Below, in pieces: positions 46,060 to 58,965 of a stretch of 64,000 bases of DNA. The translations under genes and the position numbers were made by a program. The stretch covers positions 146,754,001-146,818,000 of the forward strand of contig NC_091984.1 in assembly GCF_044704955.1 (NCBI RefSeq). Reading direction: 5' to 3'. This stretch comes from Pristiophorus japonicus. Taxonomy: Eukaryota. A model generated the notes under the pieces. It saw only the letters and a list, made by a program, of their open reading frames with translations, did not search any database and was not told the origin of the DNA. The first letter of the stretch is position 1; every line of letters begins with the position of its first letter.

Positions 46060-47085
46060 TCTGGTCTGACCTCAAGCGCACAATAATTAGCAGCTGTGAA
46101 GAAACTCTTGGTTACTCGACCAGGAAACATCAAGTCTGGTTCGATGAGAAGGACCAGGAGATCCAGGAGCTAATAAACGCAAGGCATTCTTGAATTGGAA
46201 ACAACACCACAACTCGAGAGAAAGAAAGCAGATCTATAGACAACTGAAGGCCGAAGTCCAAAAGCAAACTCGTAAAGAACAGATGGTGGGTGGAAAAAGC
46301 GCAGGAGGTCCAGCAACTACACGACAACCACGACGTGCGTGGATTTTTTAGAACATCAAGACCACCTATGGCCCAAGCACTGAGGTCCTACCCCACTGAG
46401 AGCTAAGAATGGAGGAGTGCTCATCAAGGTCAGAGATGCAGTCAGTGCCCGCTGGAAGGAGCACTTCAAGGATCTCCTCAATCAAGGATCTGTCTTTGAT
46501 GTGAATGTCCTTGACTCCATCCCACAGCAAGCTGCCCGCCACCACCTCAGCACAATACCAGCCCGGCATGAGGATAAAAAGGCCGTCCGACAACTGAAGA
46601 ATAACAAGGCCTCAGGAGCAGATGGAATCCTCGCCGAAGTACTAAAGCATGGCGGAGAAGTACTCTTGACGCAAATCCATGACCTTATCTCTCTTATCTG
46701 GAAGGAGGAGAGCATGCCTGGGGATCTCAGAGACGCCATGATCGTAATCATCTTCAAGAAAGGGGACAAATCCGATTGCGGTAATTACAGAGGAGTTTCC
46801 CTGCTGTCTGCCACTGCAAAGATTATCGCAAGAATCCTCCTCAATCGTCTCCTCCCAATGGCTGAAGAGCTCCTTCCAGAGTCACAATGTGGATTGTGCC
46901 CACTAAGGGACACAACAGACATGGTCTTCAACACACATCAATTTCAAGTGAGATGCAGGGAGCAGCATCAACCTCTGTACATGGACTTCTTTGACTTCAC
47001 AAAGGCCTTCGACTCTGTCAACCATGAGGGATTATAGAGTATCCTTCTCAAATTCAGCTGTCCTAACAAATTTGTCACCATCCTG
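46060..47085 (+). mobile_element. RTE-clade LINE fragment
   Basis: RWKEHFKDLLN, KASGADGI.AE.LK.GG, CGNYRGVSLLS, LPESQCG and DFTKAFDSV (ORF 46417-47037). Confidence 0.85.
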
Positions 47086-47089
47086 TCCT

Positions 47090-48440
47090 GAATATACTCA
47101 AAGACTGAGCCTCCACAGCCCTCTGGGTAGAGAATTCCAGAGATTCACCACCCTCTGAGTGAAGAAGTTTCTCCTCATCTCAGTCCTAAATGGCCAACCC
47201 CTTATTCTGAGACAGTGACCCTTGGTTCTAGACTCCTCAGCCAGAGGGAACATCCTCCCTGCATCTACCCTGTCAAGTCTTGTCAGAATTTTGTATGTTC
47301 CAATGAGATCTCCTCTCATTCTTTCAAACTCTGGAGAATATAAGCCTAGTCTACTCAATCTCTCCTCATAGGACAATCTCCTTCCAGGAATCAGTCTGGT
47401 GAACCTTTGTTGCACTCCCTCAATGGCAAGTATATCCTTCCTTAGGTAAGGAGAACAAAACTGTACACAATACCCCTGGTGCCGTCTCACCAGGGCCCTG
47501 TATAATTGTAGTAAGACTTCTTTACTCTTAAACTCAAATTCTCTTGTAATAAAGGCCAACATACCATGTGCTTTCTTAATTACTTGCTGTCCCTGTATAT
47601 TAACTTTCAGTGATTGTTGTACAAGGACAGCCACATCCCTCGAAACACCAACATTTCCCAATCTCACCATTTAAAACATACTCTGCTTTTCTATTTTTCC
47701 TACCAAAGTGGATAACTTCACATTTCTCCACTTTATATTCCTTCTGCCATGTCTTGCCTGTTCACTTAGTCTGTCTATATCCCCTGGTAGTCTCTTTACA
47801 TCCTCCTCACAACTTACATTCCCAGCAAGCTTTGCATCATCAGATTGATGAGAATCAGGAGATAAATTCCTGGGATGAGTGGGTTGTCACGTGAGGAGAG
47901 ATTGAGTAGATTGGGACTATACTCTCTGAGCTTGAGAACAATGTGAGCTGATCTCATTGAAACACTTCAGATTCTGAGAGGGATTGACAATGTCGATGCT
48001 GAGAGGTTATTTCCCTGGCTGGAGAGTCTAGAATTAGGAGGCATAGTCTCAGGATAAGGGGCAGGCCCTTTAAGACTGAGAGGAACAGAAATTTCTTCAG
48101 TCAGAGGGATGTAAAACTTTGCAATTTTCTCCCGAGAGGTCTATGGATGCTCAGTCGTTGAGTATATTCAAGGTTGAGATTGCTAAATTTTTGGACTCGA
48201 GGGGAATCAAGGGATATGGAGATCATAGATTCATAGAAATTTACAGCATGTAAGGAGGCCATTTCGGCCCATCGTGTCCGCACCAGCCGAACAAGAGCTC
48301 TCCAGCCTCAAAATAGATAGTGCGGGAAGGTGGAGTTAAGGTCCAACTTCAGCCATGATCTTATAGACCAGTGGAGCAGGCTCAAGGGGCTGTATGGCCT
48401 ACTCCTGCTGCTATTCCTATTGTCCTTATCTTATGTTCTT
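47090..48440. mobile_element. CR1 fragments in opposite orientations
   Basis: ORF 47098-47670 on the minus strand; + strand 3' ends at about 47850-48440. Confidence 0.8.
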
Positions 48441-48589
48441 ATGATTCTAACAGTGCTCCAAGCAAATGGCCAGGAAGTCCTTTAACTTTATGAGGGCTGG
48501 CAACTGGAATAAGTCAGCGGGCAAACATGATAGGGCAGTAGTATTTGGAATGTACAAAATGCGGTCTCCAATACTTTCATTATTTGCAT

Positions 48590-48930
48590 TGGTCAATATG
48601 TAAAAAGGGCACCAAGTATTGTATCATTCAGGTAGTCCCCAGATTGTGTCAGTATTAAAGGATTTTGTGAGATTGGTACAATGTTTAAAGGGGTGTCAAG
48701 GACAGTATTCATTTAGGACATCCCCAAATGAGGTCACTATTTAGGCTCTCAGAGACAGTGAGTCAGCGTATAAAGGGATGCCGAGGACAGTAGACAGTCA
48801 GGGAGTCCTTGGACTGTATCAGTGTTAACAGGAGTTTATGAGAGTGCCTCAGTGTATAAAGGGGTACCAATCATTTCAGAAATTCAGGGCAACTCCAGGC
48901 ACTGTCTCTATCACAAGACATTACGGGAAT
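48590..48930. repeat. Old degenerate tandem repeat of about 30 bp
   Basis: Recurrent cagtgtataaagggg..ggacagtgt variants. Confidence 0.45.
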
Positions 48931-49049
48931 TGTGTGGGAAGGTGGAATTGAGGTAGAAGATCAGCCATGATCTTATTGAGTGGCAGAGCAGGCTCGATCG
49001 GTTGAATAACATTCTCCTGCTCCTATTTCTTATACTCGTATCATAAATA

Positions 49050-49860
49050 CAACAACAACAAAAATGTACCTATATATAGCACATTTAAAGCAGGAAAACA
49101 CCACAAGGCGCTTCTTCACAAGAGCATTATCAAACACCATTTGACACTGAGCCACATAAGGAGATATTAGGGCCGATGGCCAAATACTTAGTCAAGGAGG
49201 TAGGTGTTAACGAGAGTCTGAAAGGAGGAAAGAGTCGGAGCCAGGCGGAGAGGTACAGAGCGGGATTTCCAGAGCTTAGGCCTCCGCATCTTAAGGCACA
49301 GCAACCAGTAGTGGAGCCCTTATAATGGGAGGTGCACAAGAGGCCAGAATTGGAGAAGCGCAGTTATCTACGAGGATTGTAGGGCTAGAGGATATTACAG
49401 AGATAGGGAGGGCCAAAGCTATGGAGGGATTTGAATATCAGGATGAGAATTTTAAAATCCAGGCAAGTATCCAATGTAGGTCAGCGAGTACAGGGGCGGT
49501 GGGTGAACGGCATTTTGAGAGAATTAGAATACGGGCAGTAGCCCTTTGGATGACCTCAGGTTTACGTCGAGTAGAATGTGGGAAGCCGGCCAGGAGAGCA
49601 CAGGAATAGTCAAGTCGAGAGGTAACAAAAGCATGGATGGGGGTTTCAGCTGGGGATGTGTTGAGGCAGGGGTGGAGACGGGAGATGTTATAGAGGTGCA
49701 AATAGGCGGTCTTAGTGATGGCACGTGTTCAGAAGCTCATCACGTGTCAACTATGACACCAAAGTTGCAAATTTTCGGGTTCAGCTCAGTCAGTTGCAAG
49801 GGAGAGGGATGGAATTGGTGGCTAGGGAATGGATTTTGTGGTGGGAACAAAGACAATGGG
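49050..49860 (-). mobile_element. L2-clade LINE 3' fragment
   Basis: AETPIHAFVTSRLDYS.ALLAG..PVLADLHW (ORF 49438-49701). Confidence 0.85.
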
Positions 49861-50279
49861 AAGAAATTATTTATATCCAGGAATGGCCGGTATCATTTGA
49901 AAAGTTGGAGAATTAGCGCCAGGTGCTAATGCTTTAGACTGTACGCAAAATTCATTCTGACCACTCAAAGAAATGATTGGAGCACTAATTCAAGTCTTTA
50001 AGACCAAGCTCATTGGCATTACACTCAAAAGGTGGACCAATATCACGTGCAGTTTAATTGCAAGTCATCATTTTCACCGGCTGGTTCCAGTTCTTAAAGG
50101 GGAGGCTGACTGATGCTGCAGAAGCTCATTCTCAGCATTGCTGGCTGTGCAGTTGCCTCAGCAAGGAGCAGGACAAGGACAAGGAGCCAGAGGACAGAAG
50201 CAGCTGTACTCATGGCAGATCCACGCCCCAGGGAGAGAGCCTGCACATTCTGCAATGAAGCATTGGAGACATTGGCGTT

Positions 50280-51760
50280 CACTATGTTTATCCCATCCAA
50301 TATTTCACTCTCTTCCTCCTTATCGTCAACATCTGCATGGTCCCCCTCTTTTGTGAAGATAGAGGCAAATGATTCATTAAGTACCTTACCCCCATCCTCC
50401 GCCCTACTCTTTCCTTACTTATCCTCTTGCTCTTTATCAACTGAGAAAATATATGTGTGTTTTCTTTAATTCTACTCACCAGTATATTTTCATGCTCTCT
50501 CTTTGCTTTCCTAATTGTGTTTGTGATGTCACCCCTACACTTTCTATCCTCTTCTCGGCTTTCTGAAGTATTGAGCTCTCGATATCTGATCTAAGCTTCC
50601 CTTTTTGCCTTATCTTCCCCTTTATGCCCCTAGTCATCCAGGGGCTTTTAAATTTGGCAGTTCTTCCATTTTCTTTGTGGGAACATGTTTACTCTGAACC
50701 CCTTGTTTCTCCCTCTTGAATGCCTCCCACTGTAGCTCAAGTAGCTGTTTCCAGTCCACTTTGGCTGAATCACTTTTCAACACAGTAAAATTGGTCTTCC
50801 CCCAATTTAGAACCTTTACTCCAGTTTTATCTTTGTCCTTATCCATAACTATCCTAAAACTAACTGAATTATGATCACTACCACAACAATGCTCTCCCAC
50901 TGATACTCCTTCCACCTTCCCAGCTTCATTCCCGAACACTCAATTCAGAACTGATCCCCCACACTCTTGTTAGGCTGGCGAACTGGCTAAAAACCTTCTC
51001 CTGAATACAGTTTAGGAATTCTGGGCCGCCTGTACCTTTTACACTGATTGAATCCCAGCTCATGTTGGGCTAAATGAAATCCCCCACTATTACTGCCCTA
51101 TTGTTTTTGCACTTGTGTTAAATGATCCTGCAAATGTGCTTTCCTATCACCCTCGGACTGTTTGCGGGTCGATAGTACACTCGCTGCAATGTGATTGTCC
51201 CTATTTTATTCCTTATTGCAACCCATATAGCATCAGTTGAAGATTTGTCAAACATGGCATGCATTCTCACAGCTATAATTGTTTCTTTAACCAATAATGT
51301 CACTATGCCTCATTCTATCTCATCTGAAAGCCCTGTAACCAGGAACATTGAGTTGCAATTCCTGTCCCTCTTTCTACCCATGTCATTGGCAGTCTGACAT
51401 GTCTGGCAGTGCACCCTCCCCCTTCAGAATGGATTGCAGCCGCTCTGTGATATCTTTGTCTCTCGCACCAGGGAGGCATCATACCATCCTAGACTCATCA
51501 CTATGGCCACAGAAACACCTGTCTGCTCCCCTGACTATAGAATCCTCTATAACTATGGCTCTCTTGACCTTTCTCCTCCCTCGCCCCCCCCTTGTCCACC
51601 GCCCCACACCCCCTTGTCCACCCCCATCCCCCCCTTGTCCACCCCCCACCCCCCCTTGTCCACCCGTCCCATACAGCTGAGCCACACATGGTGCTATGGT
51701 CTTGGAGCAGGCTGAATTATCCTTGGAAAACATCTCCCACACTGAATTTCAGAACGCAAA
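50280..51760 (-). mobile_element. Old CR1 relic (ORF1 esterase to ORF2 endonuclease)
   Basis: AIVIEDSIVRGADRCFCG, VYYRP, SDHNSV, LNWGK.NF. Confidence 0.75.
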
Positions 51761-52044
51761 ACTGGTTAGAGAGCGAGATTCCCTTAGGGGTCTCCTGAAA
51801 TATCTGCCTATTCTTCCAATCTCAGAAGCTGGAGCATTCAGGATTTGGAATACACATTTGAGCTTTAAGCTGGTTGGAAGTGTTTGGAGTAAACTTTCTA
51901 TTCACTGGCACCTCCTTGGAGCAACCTCTCTCACCATTGACAGAATGCTTCTGTAATCTCAACTTCAGCTGCCAGATATTCCATCCGCATCGGTGCCCTT
52001 GAAAAAATCTCAACTTGGTCCTTAGAATCCCACCACGATCAGCC

Positions 52045-52237
52045 CCAACACCAGCATCACCAGACACACCAGCATCACCAGGCACACCACCATCACCAGG
52101 CACACCAGCATCACCAGGCACACCAGCATCACCAGGCACACCAGCATCACCCAGCACACCAGCATCACCGGACACATCAGCATCACCCGGCACACCAGCA
52201 GCACCAGACACACCAGCAGCACCAACCACAGCACCAA
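52045..52237. repeat. 18-bp tandem repeat, about 10 copies (ccagcatcaccaggcaca)
   Basis: Directly visible; produces the spurious PASPGT and GVPGDA ORFs. Confidence 0.92.
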
Positions 52238-52800
52238 CATTCTCCGTAATCACCTGATGCTGCACAGGACACGGGGCATCAGCACCTGAAGACATTGCTG
52301 CCCGGGAGGCCAGGGATACCCTCACCATGGCCACATTTACTTCCCTTCACACTGTGCACTGTGGCTGTCACATCATGCACCAGTTTGGCACCACCCCACA
52401 ACAGCACCATACAGTACCCCTACAATGCACAAATCATTCCTTTCACACTCAGCACCATTGCGGGCGGTACTGTTATGTCTCGCTATTCACTACAATTCAC
52501 TAAACCACTTCCACTGTCCAAGAAGGCAAAATGTTAAAAATAAAGATTTACTGTTTGGCTAAAAGAGGCAAGTGCCTACCCTTGTGTGCTTAGTTGTATG
52601 ACTGGACTCGGTGAGGGTGAGTGTGAGGGGTGGCTGGTGAGAAAGGGATGTGATAATGGAGATAGAGTGAGGGGATGAGTGGAGGTGCAAGCTAAGTTGG
52701 TGTGAGTCAGGAAGTGCAGGAGTAGGGAAGGTCGAGTGATGGGGATGTGAGGATTGGCACAGCAGGATGAGGTTGAGTGTGGCTTTTCAGTAAGGGTCTG

Positions 52801-55800
52801 TGTTGTGTATGGAGAAAGAGTCAAACTGAACACTGTGAGCTCAAAGTAAAGTGTGAACTTAGTCTTTTATTGCAGGTCTCCAGAGTGCCTCTCCAACCTG
52901 TGAAGCCTCCTTAAATGCCTGCGCTCCCAAGGGATTATGGGATCCCTTGGGACTCCAGGGGATGAGCCCTCTGGTGGCTGTACAGAGCAAATACAAGTAT
53001 ACATATATAACAACACTCCCCCCCAAAGTCAAAAGTGTAACTATTTACAATGTGAGTCGATCTGGGGCCATTCTTGCCCTGGTTGATCATCTCGGTGTGA
53101 AAGCTGGTGTTGTTGAATCATTTGTTGGGCCCTCACTGGGCTGCTGTGCAGCTGGCCTTGCTGGGCTGCCCCCTGGTGTGTTGGGCCCTGCTGGGCTGCT
53201 GCGGATGATGGGTTCTGCTTCATGGTCAACAGTGGTGCAGGTTGCCCCTCGTGTGTATGTTGGGGGATCAAAAAAGGTAGGGTCCAAGGTGGGTTGCTCA
53301 GGATAGTCCGTGAATCTGAGTTTGATTTGGTCCAAGTGTTTCTGTTGAATGAGTCCATTTGAAAGTTTGACCCGAAACACCTTGCTCTCCTCTTTGGCCA
53401 TGACAGTGACAGAAAGCCAGTTGGGATCTTGACCATAATTTAATACAAAAACAGGATCATTGATTTCAATCTCGCGTGACACATTTGCGCTATCATGGTG
53501 TGTACTTTGTTGAAGCCAGCCTGCTCTCTACCTGTTCATGTAGATCAGGGTGAACTAACGAGAGCCTTGTCTTAAGTGCTCTTTTCATAAGCAGTTCAGC
53601 AGATGGGATCCCAGTGAGTGAGTGGGGTCCCGTGCGGTAGCTAAGCAGGACTTGGGATAGGCGAGTTACCCTCTTCAAGCCTTGCTTGATGGTTTGCACT
53701 GCTCTCTCTGCCTGCGCATTGGACGCTGGTTTAAACGGGGCAGATGTGACATGTTTGATCCCGTTACGGCTCATGAATTCTTCGAACTCAGCACTGGTAA
53801 AACATGGTCCGTTGTCGCTCACCAACACATTGGGTAGGCCGTGTGTGGCAAAGGTGGCCCCCAGGCTTTCAGTAGTGGCAGCGGACGTGCTAGCCAAAAT
53901 TATCTTCCATTCAATCCACTTGGAATATGCTCTTCAACCTCAAAGGAACATTTTACCCAAGAACAGGCCTGCATAGTCAATGTGTATCCTAGACCACGGT
54001 TTGGAGGGCCAAGATCATAAACTTAGCGGCACCTCACTGGATACATTGCTTAACTGTGAGCATGTATTACATCTGTGAACACAGGACTCTAAGTCCACAT
54101 TGATACCGGGCCACCACACGTGGGATCAGGCTATCACCTTCATCATTACAATGCTAGGGTGGGTACTGTGGAAGTCATTGATGATGGTGTCTCTGCCCTT
54201 CTTGGGGACCACTACTCGATTGCCCCACAGAAGGCAGTCTGCCCGTATAGACATTTCATCTTTGCGCCACTGGAACGGCTTTATCTCTTCCTGCATTTCC
54301 ACTGGGACACTGGACCAGCTCCCGTGAAGCACACAGCTTTTGACTAGAGATAATAAGGGGTCCTGGCTTGTCCAGGTTTTGATCTGTCGGGCAGTGACAG
54401 GTGATTGCTCACTCTCAAATGCTTCCATAACCATGGCTAGATCTGTGGGCTGCGCCAATTCCATCCCCGTGGTGGCCAATGGCAGCCTACTGAAAGCATT
54501 GGTGCAGTTTTCTGTGGCTGGCCTGTGGCGGATGGCGTAGTTGTATCCGGACAACATAAGCGCCCATCTCTGGATGCGGGCCGATGCGTTGGTATTCATC
54601 CCTTTACTCTCGGAAAACAGCGATATAAGTGAATTATGGTCAGTTTCCAATTCGAATTTTAGCCCAAACAGATATTGATGCATTTTCTCTACCACATATA
54701 CACACGCTAACGCTTCTTTCTCAATCATGCTGTAGGCTCTCTCAGCCTCAGACAGACTCCTGGATGCATAAGCAACTGGTTGCATTTTCCCAAAATCATT
54801 AGCTTGTTGCAATATATAACCGACGCCATCTGACGACACATCACATGCTCGTACCAAATGCTGACATGGATCATACAACACAAGCAATTTGTTTGAGCAT
54901 AGCAATTTTCTCGCTTTTACAAAGGCATTTTCTTGGCTTTTGCAGCAAACCCATTCATCCCCTTTTCGTAGTAAGACATACAGTGGTTCTAACAGTGTGC
55001 TGAGACCCTGTAAGAAGTTACCAAAGTAGTTCAGGAGTCCCAGAAACGACCACAGCTCCGTCACATTCTGCGGCCTCAGTGCATTCTCGATTGCCTCCGT
55101 CTTCGTGTTGGTGGGCCTGATGCTGTCTGCCGCAATCCTTCTTCCCAGGAACTCCACTTCAGGCACCAGGAAAATCCACTTCGAGCATTTTAACCTGAGC
55201 CCCATGCGGTTGAGTCGACTAAGAACCTCCTCCATGTTCTGCAGATGCTCGACTGTGTTCCGACCTGGGACCAAGATGTCGTCCTGGAAGACCACGGTGT
55301 GCAGGATTGACTTCAGTAAGCTTTCCATGTTTCTCTAGAATATCGCTGCCGCCGATCGGATTCCAAACGGGCATCTGTTATAAACAAAAAGACCTTTGTG
55401 CATGTTAATGCAGGTGAGGGCCTTCGATGATTCCTCCAGTTCCTGCGTCATTTGGGCTGAGGTCAGATCCAGCTTTGTGAACGTCTTTCCTCCCGCCAGC
55501 ATTGCAAAGAGGTCGGCAGCCTTTGGTACTGGCTATTGGTCCTGCAGGGAGAAACAATTGATAGTTACTTTGTAATCGCCACAGATTCTGATGCTGCCAT
55601 CTCCCTTGAGGACTGGGATGATAGGACTGGCCCACTCATTGAAATCGATCCGCGAAATGATGCCCTCTCTTTGCAGCCAGTCTAGCTCGATCTCTACCCT
55701 TGTACGATACTGCTCTCGCCTTGTGATGGATGGGTTGCACCGCCGGAATTAGGTGGATCTGCATTTTTGATCCTTGGAATTTCCCGATGAATGGTTCAAA

Positions 55801-57318
55801 CAGAGAAGAAAATTTGTGTCGTCAGCGGGCGATAGCGCTCGGACGTCATCCCAGTTCCAGCATATCTTTCCCAGCCAGCTCCTGCTGAGCAGCGTGGGAC
55901 CATCGCCCGATACCACCCAGAGTGGTAGCTTTTGCACTGCTCCATTGTAGGAGACCTTTATGGTAGCACTGCCGATTATAGGAATCAGTTCTTTCATGCA
56001 AGTTCCTAGTTTCGTGCGAACTGGAGTTAAGTCTGGCCTCGAGGTCTTGTTGCACCACAACTTTTTGAAAGTCTTTTTGCGCATGATGGACTGGCTCATG
56101 CCCGTGTCCAGCTCCATTGAGACCGGGAGTCCATTTAGTTCAACATTCAGCATTATTGGGGGACAATTCGTGGTGAATGTGTGTACCCCATGTACCTCTG
56201 CCTCCTCAAACTGAGGCTCTGGTTCATCGTGATCCTGTGTGGATCTGTCCTCCTCTGGTGGTTTGCAGATTTAACAGGCTTTGCAGCTCACCTGCACACT
56301 CGTTGGAGGCGTCCCATTGTACCACAGCCCCTGCAAACGTAGTCTTTGAATCGGCATGAATAGAAGCGATGATCACCCCCGCAGCACCAACAAGGTGTCA
56401 ATAGCTTGCACTTATCACCTTTGATGGTGGACTCTGCGACATCTGCAGTCATATAGCTGCAGGTATGTGTGACCTGCCCTGTACGTTATGATTCAAAAAC
56501 AACATCAGTTTGTTCACAGTATTTGTAGCAGCACTTTGGTGCTGAGAGATTTGCTTCCTATTGTCATTGATGGCAATGAATGCCTGGGCTATCGCTATGA
56601 CCTTAATTAAGGTTGGGGTCTCTACAGTCAAAAGTTTGCGAAGTATGGTTTCATAGCCAATCCCAAATACGAAAAAGTCTCTGAGCATGTGCTCCAAATG
56701 TCCTTCAAATTCGCAATGTCCTGCAAGGCGTCTTAGCTTGGCGACATAACTCGCCACTTCCTGACCTTCAGACCTTTTGTAGGTGTAGAACTGATACCTC
56801 ACCATCAGAACGCTTTCCTTCGGGTTCAAATGCTCTTGGACCAGTATGCACAAATCGGCATATGATTTCTCCGTGGGTTTTCTGGAGTGAGCAGATTCTT
56901 CATGAGGCTATAAGTTGGTGCCCCACAGAAGGTGAGGAGTTTCGCCCTTCGTTTGGCAGCGCTCTCTTGCCCATCTAGCTCATTGGCCATGAAGTATTTG
57001 TTGAGTCACTCCACAAAAGTTTTCCAATCATCTTCCTCCGAGAATTTCTCCAGGATGCCCACTGTTCTCTACATCTTTGGGTTCACTATCTGTATCTCGT
57101 CGTCAGTTGTTGTGTATGGAGAAAGAGTCAGACTGAACACTGAGCTCAAAGTAAAGTGTGACCTTAGTCTTTTATTGCAGGTCTCCAGAGTGCCTCTCCA
57201 ACCTGTGAAGCCTCCTTAAATACCTGTGCTCCCAAGGGATTATGGGATCCTTTGGGACTCCAGGGGATGAGCCCCCCTGGTGTCTGTACAGAGTAAATAT
57301 AAGTATACATATATAACA
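52801..57318 (-). mobile_element. Complete but degenerate Ty3/Gypsy element
   Basis: LTRs 52801-53012 and 57108-57318; PBS-like TGACGACGAG; gag 56449-56853; protease LDTG; RT/RH ORF 54126-55328 (FQDD); integrase 53087-53897; near-TSD gtctg/gtttg. Confidence 0.95.
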
Positions 57319-57478
57319 GTTTGTGATCCACTGAGATCATTGAAAGGTTTGCACCACTGCAGCCAGGTCCTCTGATGACATTCCCGCTTGAGTCCTGTGC
57401 ATTGTGCAACCAGGCTGCATTGGTCTCCTGTGGAGGTCCCTCCCGCCCATTAGAAGGGAAGGGAACCTTCCTGCGCAG
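57319..57478 (-). mobile_element. Harbinger-type Myb/SANT (trihelix) DNA-binding gene relic
   Basis: The minus strand reads RRKVPFPSNG..PPQETNAAWLH.A, then (frameshift) RTWLQW.K.FNDL. A matching N-terminal piece MADPRPRERACTFCNEALETL lies on + at about 50212-50275. Confidence 0.55.
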
Positions 57479-58865
57479 AATATTACCAGGTTTTAGTGGC
57501 TAAATGTTGCATAAATATGACATAAATCACTGCAGTATAGGGGACTTGAGGGTGATCTGATAGTGTTGTGTAAAATGTGAACCGTTTCTATTGGGTCGAT
57601 GCAGAGAAACTATTTCCTCTGGTGTGGGATTAAAGACCTGGTGAAATAAAGGTACAATTAGATCTAGGCCTTTGAGGAGCCAGGTCCGGAAGCACTTTTT
57701 GGCAGGGAGTGTAGTGGGAATGTGGGTATTCCCGCCCCAGTGGATACAGGGCCAAGTGGGGCTTCCAAGGCTGAGATGGAAGATATTTGTTAGATAAGGA
57801 TATCACGTGATATGGAGCCAGGAGGGAAAATGGAGCTGGCCTGCAGATTGGCCAGGATCTATTTGAATGGGGAGCAGGCCCAAGGGGTCGAATGGCCTGC
57901 TCCTGTTCCCAATGTTACTATATCCCGAGTCCTAATATCCTATATTACTGAAAGGATCAAAGTGGGTCTGCACAGAATGGATAATAATGGACAATAATGA
58001 GCTGAGCACAAACGTTGGACCCATCGCAGCATCCTGGGGGACGGAGATCTCCAGACACATCCTGCTTCACACTTGGCAGAGCTTATTGCAATATTGTCCG
58101 GGTCCCTATACCTCGGTTCCCGCCAGTCCGGCGTCTGGTGTCTGTATCATCACCTGAAACATTCAGAGCATTTTAATTCCACTGACATTTCAGATCAGCC
58201 ATGATCTCATTAAATGGTGGAGCAGGGTCGAGGGGCCCAATGACCTCCTCCTGCTCCTAATCCTTATCAAACCCAGGTTATTTCAGGGCCTGGGCACATT
58301 GTTCTGTCTGAGGTTTGAATGTTACTTTATTCCTCGTGTTGGTCGAAAGCCCGACCTCTTCCTGTTCTAAGGACACAGATTAGTATTCCAATTGTGAAAG
58401 CTCAGTGTGAGATGAACAAGAGCGAGTTCCCATGGTCGGGGGCGGTATGAAGCCTTGAGAGGTGTCTGAGAATTGGGGGAATGCAATTGGTGCATGGCCA
58501 GGTGTGAGCCGGGTCCCAGCACAGAAGGAAAAGGGAGCTATTTGTGGTTCAGGGGCAGTGCTTGGCTCAGAGCCCGGCTTTCAGTACATCCAGACATGGA
58601 CATGGGACCATCATATTATTCCAATCTTTGGGCTGTTTCATTTCATAACACCCAACATCAATTTATAAACACTTACACAACACCTTTCCGTGAAGGGAGA
58701 TGTCCCGCTGTCCCACTGACTGGAAGTAATGTCAATGTTGCTATTTGCTGATCCCACGGGAGGTGTTCCTCGATTATAAATAAGGACTTTCTCTTAATCT
58801 CACATCTGACAGTCAGTTGGAGCCCTGTCTCCAGAGCCAAGAGTCACCATCACTTCTTTGTCAGA

Positions 58866-58965
58866 ATGAGAGATCTGTTCACCGCCTATCCATTTACCGT
58901 GCTACCGACACTGACACAGACAGGAATGATTTGCTATCTCATTATAGCATTCCTTGGAATCCTCG
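58866..58965 (+). pseudogene. Possible first coding exon of a GPR139-like GPCR with a dead splice donor
   Basis: TATAAA 58775-58780; MRDLF..QTGMICYLIIAFLGIL resembles the IYYP.IA..G.P start of TM1; the phase-1 boundary reads G|ggaagt rather than G|gtaagt. No second exon found. Confidence 0.4.

Noticed and set aside
48582-48589. Perfect octamer ATTTGCAT suggesting a second V promoter
   Set aside because: No leader, V exon or RSS follows; an 8-mer is expected by chance in 64 kb.
51822-52334. Collagen- or elastin-like GVPGDA repeat ORF
   Set aside because: Translation of an 18-bp tandem repeat, with no signal peptide or exon evidence.
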